DNA of 64,000 nucleotides, from positions 633 to 64,632 of the forward strand of contig CAWHGS010000045.1 in NCBI GenBank assembly GCA_963828805.1, read 5' to 3'. A program made the position numbers and the translations under genes. Each line of letters opens with the position of its first letter. Positions within the stretch are counted from its first letter, which is position 1. Below the pieces are notes generated by a model. It saw nothing but the letters and a program-made list of their open reading frames with translations. It had not been told where the DNA came from and did not search any database. Origin of the DNA: an uncultured delta proteobacterium (GTDB lineage: Bacteria > Desulfobacterota > BSN033 > UBA1163). Positions 23,635-32,052 of the stretch are shown piece by piece.

Positions 23635-25479
23635 CTTCCTTACTCCATCACCTTTCGCACTCACTGGGTTTGAAGCCTGTCTGGCCAGGGCGACGATTCC
23701 CTGGGGGTCGAGGATGAGGCCGACACGACCATCGCCAAGGATGGCTCCGCCGGAAATCCCCCGGATTTTTCCGATGCCCGCTCCCAGGGATTTTGCAACC
23801 ACCTGCTGTTGTTCGACCAGTTCGTCAACAAGGAGCGCGCAACGTTGATCTCCGTCACCAATGATGATCAGGAGTCCCTGGGCCGGGTCCTCGACAGCCC
23901 CCCGGATGTCGAAAAGACGATGCAGCCGGATGATGGGCATCATCTTTCCCTGGAAGATCACGATTTCTCCCCGGCCGACGACGGTGGACAATGCCTCTGC
24001 TTCCGGCCGGAAACTCATATTGATGTTGACCATCGGCAGGATGTAGCGCTGATTTCCGACCTTGATGAGCATGCCGTCGGTGATGGCCATGGTCAGCGGC
24101 AGGCGAACGGAAAAGGTGCAGCCCCTGCCCGGCTCTGATGAAACGTCAACGCGGCCCCTGAGGATTTCGACGGCCTTTCTAACCACATCCAGTCCCACGC
24201 CCCTCCCCGAGATGTCTGTCACCTTGTCCGCCGTGGAAAAGCCGGGCTGAAAGATCAGATGGATGAGCTCGCTGTCGGAGACACCCGTGCCGGAATTGAT
24301 CAACCCCTTTGCGATTGCCTTTTCTATGATCTTGCCGCGGTCCAGTCCTCTGCCGTCATCGGATATTTCGACCACCACGCTCCCACCGGAATGGTAGGCT
24401 TTCAACAACACGGTTCCTGCTTTCGGCTTTCCACTTTTTTCTCGCTCCTCGGGCGGCTCGATGCCATGATCCACAGCGTTACGTACCAGATGAACGAGGG
24501 GATCGTTGACGAGGTCGACCATGTTGCGGTCGATCTCGGTATCCTCCCCGATGGGAATAAAGTCGATCATGATCTCCCGCTTCCGAGCCAGGTCACGGAC
24601 CAGCCGGGCGATCTTATGAAAGGTGGCCTTGAGCGGAACCATCCGGATGGACATGCACAGGCCTTGCATCTGCCGAACAATCTTGCCCGCATGGTTCACC
24701 TTCCGCTGAAGCTCCGGGGAGGTTCCTGAGTTGACCGTCTCGTCCTGTGCAACGATGGAGTGGCCGATCACCAGTTCCCCAACGATGTCAATCAGGCGAT
24801 CCAGACGGTCCGTGCGCACCCTGACCGAGGATTCCACTGCGGGTTCGGCGCCCACCAGCCGGCGTTGCTTTCGCAATGCCCGGCCCACCTCCGTGAGGGA
24901 TGCGGCCTCCGACCTCACAATGGCCAATCCGATGGGCTGATCGCCCTGATCGGCGGCAGCCGCCTCTATCTCTTCGCGATCGGCCTTGCCCTGAGCCACA
25001 AGAATATCGCCCAACCGGAGCGGCATCTCCGGGGCCCCGCCGGCTTCGCCCAGGATGCCTGCTGTTTCCGGCTCGGCAAGCAGAGCCATCAAATCATCGA
25101 GCCCTTCGGGTGCCGCCATGGGTTCACCGCCCAAGGCATCCTGGATGTTCTTGATCAGATCCTTGAGCGTATCCACGGAGCGGAATGCCAGATCGGCGTA
25201 CCCTCCGGTACAGCGAATTTCTTTGTCACGGATTCTGCTGAGAAACGACTCCGCCCCATGGGCGAACGCTGATATAGGGTCGAGACCGAGGAAAGCGGAT
25301 GTTCCTTTGATCGTGTGAAACGCACGAAAAATCGTATTGACGGCTTCGGTGTTTTCCGGATCTGTCTCAAGTTCCAGGAGGGCAATCTCGGCGCCTGCAA
25401 TTAAATCCCGGCTCTCGCTGATGAACTCTCCCAGGAGAGCCGGGTCAGCTTCGGGCGGCAGACCATTGAATCGACCCAT
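23635..25479 (-). CDS. cheA: CheA histidine kinase (Hpt, dimerisation, HATPase, P5)
   Basis: The Hpt domain reads IFRAFHTIKGTSAFLGL. The dimerisation region reads VRVRTDRLDRLIDIVGELVI. The HATPase part reads LVHLVRNAVDHGIE, VVEISDDGRGLD, PGFSTADKVTDISGRGVGLDVV and GRGCTFSVRLPLT. The P5 domain reads MLIKVGNQRYILPM..CALLVDELVEQQQVV. The true N-terminus may include ORF 25445-25822 (see findings). Confidence 0.9.
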
Positions 25480-25822
25480 ATCCGTCGCTCTGCCCGGAGG
25501 TCCGGACCGGGTCGTGCTTGAGGCTTGAAAAGGGGGGCTCCTCCCCGTCGGATCTCTCCATCACGTCAATAGCCTCCTCGATGAGAGCGCCGATGTCGGC
25601 AAAGAAACCGGATGAGTCAGGGCCTTTTTCCTCCATCATCTGGTCGATCTTTCTTATTGCTTCTGCCATAGGCCTTCGGACCGAGGGAGAAGAGGACTCT
25701 GCGACGTTATGGAGCGCCCATCGCACATGAGCCAGTTCTTCCAGGTCAGTGGGTTCAATTTGAACGATCAGTGCGGCGATGTCATTGAGCGTGACGTTCC
25801 CGCGGCTCATGTCCTGTTCCAT
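25445..25822 (-). CDS. Hypothetical helical protein, or the detached N-terminal extension of CheA
   Basis: 125-aa ORF whose ATG directly abuts the cheW stop (TAAATG at 25820-25825) and whose end overlaps the annotated cheA start by 35 nt. It is acidic and helical (LNDIAALIVQIEPTDLEELAHVRWALHNVAE..IGALIEEAIDVMER). A 1-nt change in the G6 run at 25532-25537 would fuse it in frame to CheA. Confidence 0.5.
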   Translation of the reverse strand: MEQDMSRGNVTLNDIAALIVQIEPTDLEELAHVRWALHNVAESSSPSVRRPMAEAIRKIDQMMEEKGPDSSGFFADIGALIEEAIDVMERSDGEEPPFSSLKHDPVRTSGQSDGYGSIQWSAARS

Positions 25823-26365
25823 TTACGCCCTTTTTTCAAAAACCTTCTCTACATTGACGAGAGCGATTACTTTCTCATCCACCCTGCATTGTCCCTTGAT
25901 ATATTTTGCTCCTTCAGCAGGCAGGGTGGGGAGGGTTAGCTCCATCTTGCTCACCGGCACCTCGATCGATTCAACAACTTCATCCACCAAAAAACCCGTC
26001 TCCAACCTCCCTGATTCAATGACGATGATTCTCGTCTTCTCCGTCAACTCTTCATGAGGCAGACTGAAAATCGTCTTTAAATCCGTGACGGATAGAATAT
26101 TCCCTCTCAAGTTCACAATTCCCGCTATATGTTCCGGGCTTGAAGGCAGATACGTTATCTTACCCACCTTAATGACCCTTTTTACTTCTGTAATCTCCAC
26201 ACCATACCATTCTCTATCGAGCCGGAAGACGATGAACTGCAGGCTTTTCTCCTTCGGTACTTCCCTCTCGTAGAAATCATCTTTATAGTAGACCCTGTTC
26301 GCAGCGGTCCCCGGTATTTCGTCCATTCTCTCTGATAGCCATCCGTCTTTCGTATTCTTGGGCAT
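25823..26365 (-). CDS. cheW: CheW coupling protein (with about 40-aa N-terminal extension)
   Basis: Intact 180-aa ORF with LQFIVFRLDREWYGVEITEVKRVIKVGKITYLPSSPEHIAGIVNLRGNILSVTDLK and GFLVDEVVESIEV. Confidence 0.9.
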   Translation of the reverse strand: MPKNTKDGWLSERMDEIPGTAANRVYYKDDFYEREVPKEKSLQFIVFRLDREWYGVEITEVKRVIKVGKITYLPSSPEHIAGIVNLRGNILSVTDLKTIFSLPHEELTEKTRIIVIESGRLETGFLVDEVVESIEVPVSKMELTLPTLPAEGAKYIKGQCRVDEKVIALVNVEKVFEKRA

Positions 26366-26396
26366 TTCCTGAATCCTCTTGACAAAGCCGATTCGC

Positions 26397-26786
26397 TTAC
26401 GCCTTGCGCGTCTTCAGGAATCCCGTAATCTTCTCAAAGAACTTTTTCCCCTCAAAGGGTAATCCGATATAACCATCGGCGCCTGCTTCCTTTGTGAGTT
26501 GAGATAATTTGTCCTCGTCCTTTGCGGACATGAATACGATCGGGGTATTTCGGGCGATATCTTCTTTTTTTAAAACACGGCAGACTTCATTCCCATTAAG
26601 GCCCGGGAGATTGTAGTCTAATAAGATGAGCTGGTATTGAGACACTTTTGCTTTCTCAATGCCTGCTTCTCCCGTTTCAGCCGTCTCGACAGAAAATCCC
26701 CCTGCCTCGAGTCTAAACCTGAGCATTGCGTTTATTGAAGGACTATCCTGAATAATCAGTATCCTGTCCACCCTTAAACCCTCCAT
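26397..26786 (-). CDS. cheY: CheY-like response regulator (first gene of chemosensory system 1)
   Basis: Intact 129-aa ORF with DRILIIQDSPS, YQLILLDYNLPGLNG, PIVFMSAK and GYIGLPF. Confidence 0.85.
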   Translation of the reverse strand: MEGLRVDRILIIQDSPSINAMLRFRLEAGGFSVETAETGEAGIEKAKVSQYQLILLDYNLPGLNGNEVCRVLKKEDIARNTPIVFMSAKDEDKLSQLTKEAGADGYIGLPFEGKKFFEKITGFLKTRKA

Positions 26787-26833
26787 TCGTCTTATAGATT
26801 GTCTCGTTACTCCGTGCCTGGATAGCCTAATGC

Positions 26834-26850
26834 TGCAAATTTCATTCCAG
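26834..26850 (-). promoter_or_regulatory. Candidate sigma-54 (-24/-12) promoter for the minus-strand chemotaxis operon
   Basis: The minus strand reads CTGGAATGAAATTTGCA. GG and GC are spaced 12 nt apart as in TGGCAC-N5-TTGCA. It lies about 50 nt upstream of the cheY ATG at 26786. Confidence 0.35.
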
Positions 26851-27371
26851 ACCTCTACTCTTTAATCGTTGTTTTCTTGATTTGTCTCCATTAACCAGGC
26901 ACTTATCTGAAAATTCTTCTATTAGAACTCCTTCCTTTCTCTACAGGAATATACCCGCGCCTCTTAATTAACTCCGAAGGCAGGAGGTTTCGAAAAGGAC
27001 GTTGATACCTGAAGGTGACGAAAAATGTCAGTGAAGGATCGAACAGTTAGGACTTTTTGTTCATCTTCCTCAGAGCAGCCATCCGATCCATTTGGAGCGA
27101 AGGAAGATCTCATGGGAAAGGTCTTGCACCAGGTCTGATGGAAAAAAAGTTTCGCTTTGACTAGGACCAGCTTTCTCTACCGTCTGTAAATCCATCTCTG
27201 TTTGGTCAGGCGTTTGGCTGGCAAGTTTTCTTTAGTTCACGCGCTTTGCTGCATAGTTTCTTATCACTCACGGAGCTTTCCATAGACTTTTTTGAACAAT
27301 GATGATTGGGAACTACTGATCCCATCATAGAGTCTCGACTCAACAGGCCGGTGCCCAAACCAATTCCATGC

Positions 27372-27443
27372 TTTGACAAGCTCAGCATGAACGGAAAAGT
27401 CACACGACTTCAACGTATCACCGCTCGCCCTGAGCCTGTCGAA
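27372..27443. repeat. Palindromic intergenic repeat, family TTYGACARGCTCA (copy 1)
   Basis: TTTGACAAGCTCAG (27372-27385) and CTGAGCCTGTCGAA (27430-27443) are inverted arms around a 44-nt spacer. The same architecture recurs at 47971-48029. Confidence 0.6.
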
Positions 27444-28289
27444 GGGCAAATGATGAATTGGGCAACACTCCGTCAAGTTGTGGATCAAAGCCTTCGAAGC
27501 GGTCGAACAACTGGAAGACATCGGTCCATTCTTTGTGATCAATGATGGATGATGAATCTGCCATAACCCGGACAATGGCCAGGTCGGCGGTGCAGATGGA
27601 AGCTGAGTGACCCACTTAATAGGATATTGCTGAACGCAAGGAAAAACTTATCCCGTCCTTATTTGGTTCATTAGTTTCACCGAACAGGTGAGAATTATAC
27701 TGACCGTATCCCTAACTCAGGAAGAGTTTTCTATTTCCGTAGAAATCAATTTCTATTTTAGGGTCTGAAAATAATACAAACCCAATTAATGGGATTACAT
27801 ACAATGATGGGGCGTCCCAACGCACCCCCTTAAGGCATGATCGGGGATCTGCACCCCATGGAATTGTAAAAATGGAATTTGCGTCTGCGTCGGCAGGAAA
27901 GCCAAACAATCCTCGGACTGGTCAGAATTCGCCCATCGATTGACAAAATTGGGCATTCCGCTCCTTTAAAGTTTTTCAATAGCTCCTAGCTTCCACGATT
28001 AATTCGTCCCGTAACCACAGTGTTGGATTTTTTTTACGGGATATGCTTTTTTTATTCAAAGGTGTTTTGCAATAATATAAGGATTAGGAAGTTTTGAATT
28101 TATGAAAAGTCAAATAGCAAAAAATGTCATGTTAATCTCGGCTCAAAATTAAACAACGTCAATGACTTGCAGACCTAGAATCAAATTCAGGGCAGCAGCG
28201 CAGTCCGTTGTTCGTTCTTTCTCATGACGAATTTTCTTTGTGATCCCGATTTTTGTTTTCGAAATTTACGTTTCGAAAACTTTCCCATT

Positions 28290-28305
28290 TGGCGAGGTTT
28301 TTGCT
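28290..28305 (+). promoter_or_regulatory. Candidate sigma-54 (-24/-12) promoter for cheW-cache-mcp
   Basis: TGGCGAGGTTTTTGCT has GG at 28291-28292 and GC at 28303-28304, matching the 12-nt register of TGGCAC-N5-TTGC. It lies about 70 nt upstream of the cheW start. Confidence 0.35.
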
Positions 28306-28374
28306 TTCCCCCAAGATTGGGCCGTAAAAATTCTTGAATGATGAGGAAGAGCTGAGAAAGGAGCGGATGGGCGG

Positions 28375-28887
28375 ATGGATAGAATGGCTCACACCATGGA
28401 TCAGGCGATCAAGGCGATGGCGGCGAAAGAAGGTAAGTACCTGACCTTTTCGTTGTTGGGGGAGGAGTATGGAATAGGAATTCTAAAGGTAAAGGAAATC
28501 ATCGGGATGATGCCGATCACGACTGTCCCGCTGATACCATCCTTTGTCAAGGGGGTGATCAATCTTCGCGGGAAGGTGATTCCAGTGGTGGACCTCAGGC
28601 TCAAATTTGGGATGGAGGAGATAGACTATACCGAGCGGACCTGTACGATCGTGGTGGAGATTGCAAGCCAGGCGGGCTCCGTTCTCATTGGCGTTGTCGT
28701 CGATTCGGTTTCAGAGGTTTTGAGCATTAAGGGCGCCGACATTGAGGGGACACCGAACCTTGGCGCCAGACTGGATACAGACTACATCCTTGGAATGGCC
28801 AAGATCAACGGCGGAGTGAAGATCCTTTTGGACATTGACAAGGTATTGGGTTCGGAGGAGATGGGCCTGTCGGATCGTGCCGCCTGA
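28375..28887 (+). CDS. cheW: CheW coupling protein
   Basis: Intact 170-aa ORF with GKYLTFSLLGEEYGIGILKVKEIIGMMPITTVPLIPSFVKGVINLRGKVIPVVDLRLKFGM and VLIGVVVDSVSEVL. Confidence 0.9.
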   Translation: MDRMAHTMDQAIKAMAAKEGKYLTFSLLGEEYGIGILKVKEIIGMMPITTVPLIPSFVKGVINLRGKVIPVVDLRLKFGMEEIDYTERTCTIVVEIASQAGSVLIGVVVDSVSEVLSIKGADIEGTPNLGARLDTDYILGMAKINGGVKILLDIDKVLGSEEMGLSDRAA

Positions 28888-29057
28888 TTCGGAACGGGAG
28901 CGGCTGTAACGGGAAACAGATGTGACACAGCGATGGATCCGATGGAAAAAAGGAGGTGGTCTATAGACAAGCTTTCAACAAGGTATGAAATAGTAATGAA
29001 TCATCGTTGAACAAAATCACACTTAATTCAATCCACTTTATATCAGGAGGTGTTTCA

Positions 29058-29522
29058 ATGAAAAGACTTGTCGCAATGATTCTTGGGGTTAGTTTTCTTG
29101 TGCTGATGGCAGGGAATATCACTTTCGCCGCTCAATTCGGAACGGCTGCTGAAGCGGAGGCATTGGTAAAAAAAGCAGTCCAATTAGTTAAGACCGAGGG
29201 GAAAGAGAAGGCCTTTGTTGAGATTAACAATCCGAAAGGGAAGTTTATTGATCGGGACCTTTACATTTTCGTTTATGATATGACCGGTAAATGTGTCGCT
29301 CATGGGTTTAACCAAAAAATGATCGGAAAAGATCTGATTGAAATGAAAGACAAGGACGGGAAGTATTTCGTCAAAGAAAGAATCGAAATTGCGAAGACAA
29401 AAGGCAAGGGCTGGCAGGACTATGAGTTTACAGACCCGATCACGAAAAAGATTGAGCATAAGTCTGCTTATATTGAAAAGTTAGACGACCTGATCATCGG
29501 TTGCGGTATTTACAAAAGATAA
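29058..29522 (+). CDS. Secreted stand-alone single-Cache (sCache_2-like) domain protein
   Basis: The start is MKRLVAMILGVSFLVLMAGNITFA (signal peptide, with an AGGAGG RBS upstream). The Cache-like pattern is AEAEALVKKAVQLVKTEGKEKAFVEINNPKGKFIDRDLYIFVYDMTGKCVAHG..IGKDLIEMKDKDGKYF..GKGWQDYEFTDP..KSAYIEKLDDLIIGCGIY. There is no TM helix or output domain. Confidence 0.75.
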   Translation: MKRLVAMILGVSFLVLMAGNITFAAQFGTAAEAEALVKKAVQLVKTEGKEKAFVEINNPKGKFIDRDLYIFVYDMTGKCVAHGFNQKMIGKDLIEMKDKDGKYFVKERIEIAKTKGKGWQDYEFTDPITKKIEHKSAYIEKLDDLIIGCGIYKR

Positions 29523-29528
29523 CTCTGG

Positions 29529-29564
29529 GGAGGGTTAAATGGACCCCGGCCTGTTTAACCCTCC
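29529..29564 (+). terminator. Perfect 11-bp stem-loop between the cache gene and mcp (attenuator/terminator or processing site)
   Basis: GGAGGGTTAAA (29529-29539) pairs with TTTAACCCTCC (29554-29564) across a 14-nt loop. There is no downstream U-run, so it is not a canonical intrinsic terminator. Confidence 0.35.
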
Positions 29565-29594
29565 GGGTCACTGACGGAAATAAGGGAGGACCAG

Positions 29595-31163
29595 ATGAAA
29601 CAATTCTTTTTAAATCAGACCTTGACAAGAAAACTGTTATTTGCTCCTGTGGCGATCATTATCTTTATGGTGATACTGGGTGCGGTAGCCTACCTCAATC
29701 TTTCCAGTCAGAGATCGATCATTGTCGATATCTTTGACAACCATTTTAAACCCTATCAAACCAGTGCAACGATCGTCAAGGACATTGCCAACGTTCACAG
29801 CAATCTCTATAAAGTCATCAGCTGGGCCAATGCCAAATATGAAGAGGGGAAGATTAACCTTCTCGGGAAGGAACAGCTGGCCACTCTGGAGCGAACCGCC
29901 AACATCATTGGGCAAGCCCTCCAGGCGAAGGGGTTAAGTGAAGAGGAACAGACCTTATTTCGTACGATCATGGATCATCTCACGCAGTACAAAAAGGCGT
30001 GTCATGCAGCCATTGATCTGGCCAGTTCCGACCTCAATTATGCCACCATGTTCATGGAGACTGCCGATGAGAAGTTTCAAATTTTGAACAAGAGCCTGCA
30101 TGACCTATTGGATCTTGAAAGCAGTTTGAGCCAGGCAAGTTATGATCATTCCCTCAAAAACTTTAACAGCGCCTTAAGGCTTTTTATCCTCATATTGGCA
30201 ATTGCCATCGCTTTTTCGCTTCTGGTCAGTCTTTTTACCGCCCGGCTGATTACCCGTCCTGTCAAGGAAACCATGCAGGTGATCCAGACAATCGCAGAGG
30301 GAGATTTGACCCAGGAGATTGAGTTGACCTCTCGGGACGAGATCGGGCAGTTGGTTCAGTCGGTCAATACCATGCGCATCAAGATGGGGGAGACGGTAGG
30401 CCAATCCGTGGTGATGTCTCAGAGCTTATCAGAAGCGGCCTCCCAACAGGCGGCCTCCCTGGAAGAAACCTCTTCGTCCTTGGAGGAGATGACCTCCATG
30501 ACCAAACAGAATGCAGGAAACGCGACCCAGGCAAACGACCTGATGGCAGCCGCTCAGCAGACGATTGAAAAGGCCAATCTCTCGATGAATGAACTGACGG
30601 GGTCGATGAAGGAGATCGCCGCGGGCAGCGAGGAGACTCAGAAGATCGTCAAGACCATTGATGAAATAGCTTTTCAGACCAATCTTCTCGCCTTGAATGC
30701 CGCCGTTGAGGCCGCGCGTGCGGGGGAGGCAGGAGCAGGATTTGCAGTGGTGGCAGAGGAGGTGAGAAACCTGGCCATGCGGGCGGCAGAGTCGGCGAAG
30801 AACACGTCGAATCTGATCGAGAACATCGTCAAAAAGATCAGGAACGGAGAGAAGTTGGTGGGCACAACGAATGAGGCGTTTAAGGAGATCACGGGAAGCT
30901 CGACGAAGGTCGTCAAGTTGATTGCAGAGATTGCGGCGGCGTCGCAGGAGCAGTCCCATGGGATTGATCAGATCAATCGGGCTGTATCGGAAATGAACGG
31001 GTTGACGCAGCATAATGCATCGGGGGCCGAAGAGTTAGCGTCGATCATGGCAATGTTTAGGACCAACCATGATTCTCCTGAGATATTCCGTGATCGGAAA
31101 AAAGCGGTTAAAGACAGAACTTCAAGAGGAATGCGCCAAGAATTAATGGTTTCCCCTTCTTAG
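29595..31163 (+). CDS. mcp: Methyl-accepting chemotaxis protein (helical periplasmic domain, HAMP, signalling domain)
   Basis: Intact 522-aa ORF. It has TM1 (LLFAPVAIIIFMVILGAVAYL), a helical ectodomain of about 160 aa, and TM2 (LFILILAIAIAFSLLVSLF). HAMP reads ITRPVKETMQVIQTIAEGDLTQ. The signalling hairpin reads [48 protein letters not shown]. Confidence 0.9.
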   Translation: MKQFFLNQTLTRKLLFAPVAIIIFMVILGAVAYLNLSSQRSIIVDIFDNHFKPYQTSATIVKDIANVHSNLYKVISWANAKYEEGKINLLGKEQLATLERTANIIGQALQAKGLSEEEQTLFRTIMDHLTQYKKACHAAIDLASSDLNYATMFMETADEKFQILNKSLHDLLDLESSLSQASYDHSLKNFNSALRLFILILAIAIAFSLLVSLFTARLITRPVKETMQVIQTIAEGDLTQEIELTSRDEIGQLVQSVNTMRIKMGETVGQSVVMSQSLSEAASQQAASLEETSSSLEEMTSMTKQNAGNATQANDLMAAAQQTIEKANLSMNELTGSMKEIAAGSEETQKIVKTIDEIAFQTNLLALNAAVEAARAGEAGAGFAVVAEEVRNLAMRAAESAKNTSNLIENIVKKIRNGEKLVGTTNEAFKEITGSSTKVVKLIAEIAAASQEQSHGIDQINRAVSEMNGLTQHNASGAEELASIMAMFRTNHDSPEIFRDRKKAVKDRTSRGMRQELMVSPS

Positions 31164-31701
31164 GGGGGCCGAGTTGACATCAACTTTCTTGGTCAGTGAA
31201 TCGCATTTCCGACCCTCCGTTGGCTTTGCACGGAGCAGAGAATCCGGTCGTGTCACCGGAGACCGGGAAGAAGGATTGGGTGCGCCGGCTGACGAGGGAA
31301 GAATCCGGTGCCTGCACGCGGAGACGGATATCGCATCTGCGCTACCCCTCCGTTGCCCTGTAGAGGATTCCGTGAGAGGTCCAATTCTCTTTTTGGACCG
31401 ATCAGGAATCCCCGGCATTTCCAAAACCTTCACACTTTCGTAATCCCGCTGCAATGCAGACAGTGGACTTCAGACCTTAGACACCAGACTTTCATACACA
31501 GGATTTGACACCTGAAGTGTTCTCCAACTCTTTTCTGTTGAGCCTCTGCATATCATTGCCGGCATCAGTCCAATGTCTGAAGTCGTGGTCTGCTCATGCA
31601 GTCTGAATCCTGTCCATGCTTGACTTTTGTTGCTCATTGGTGTATCTCTTGCATTGTCCCTATTACAAATCAGGCGGGATTGTTCTGAGTTCTGAAGGAG
31701 A

Positions 31702-31950
31702 ATGCAGAGGATGGCACAGAAAAGGATTTTGGAAATCTTGAAATTGGTCGAATTCCTCAATGAGGAAGTGAAGGAAGTCTCCAAACGGCTGAGTCGGGTC
31801 ACCCCCCGGGAAGTAAGTGAAAAGCTGGGGACCCTCGCTCTGATTCGAGAAAAGATCCTTAACCTTCCAGTCGATCTTCCCCCGGAGATAGAAAAAAAAC
31901 TGACAGACCTCTACCCCGCCATCGATCGAATCAAGCACAAACCTTCGTAA
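31702..31950 (+). CDS. Small hypothetical protein (82 aa)
   Basis: ORF preceded by a GAAGGAG RBS. It looks helical and charged (ILEILKLVEFLNEEVKEVSKRLS..). I recognise no family. Confidence 0.35.
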   Translation: MQRMAQKRILEILKLVEFLNEEVKEVSKRLSRVTPREVSEKLGTLALIREKILNLPVDLPPEIEKKLTDLYPAIDRIKHKPS

Positions 31951-31956
31951 TGTGAT

Positions 31957-32049
31957 CACGAGTTCGGAGTTTAGCGTTCGGAGGGAGAATCGCACAGCCC
32001 GAATCTTCGGAGTTCAGATTACTCCGAACTCGATAGCTCCGAACTCATG
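31957..32049. repeat. Nested palindrome built from GAGTTCGGAG / CTCCGAACTC units between convergent genes
   Basis: CACGAGTTCGGAGT (from 31957), GCGTTCGGAG and CTTCGGAGTTC on the left are answered by ACTCCGAACTC and GCTCCGAACTCATG (to 32049) on the right. The inner hairpin is TTCGGAGT-tcagatt-ACTCCGAA. Confidence 0.6.
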
Positions 32050-32052
32050 ACG

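Noticed and set aside
27560-27612. An SRP-RNA-like stretch, CCAGGTCGGCGGTGCAGATGGAAGC.
   Set aside because: It lacks the conserved GGAAG..AGCAGC domain IV symmetry and a complementary 3' strand. The region reads as a protein-like ORF on the minus strand.
31230-31365. Cobalamin-riboswitch-like strings (GAGGGAAGAATCCGGTG, CCGGAGACCGG).
   Set aside because: The conserved CCCGCCACTGT core is missing, the B12-box-like element is on the wrong side, and the downstream gene is an unrelated small ORF 300 nt away. I kept it only as an unassigned structured region (see findings). An Rfam scan would settle the question.
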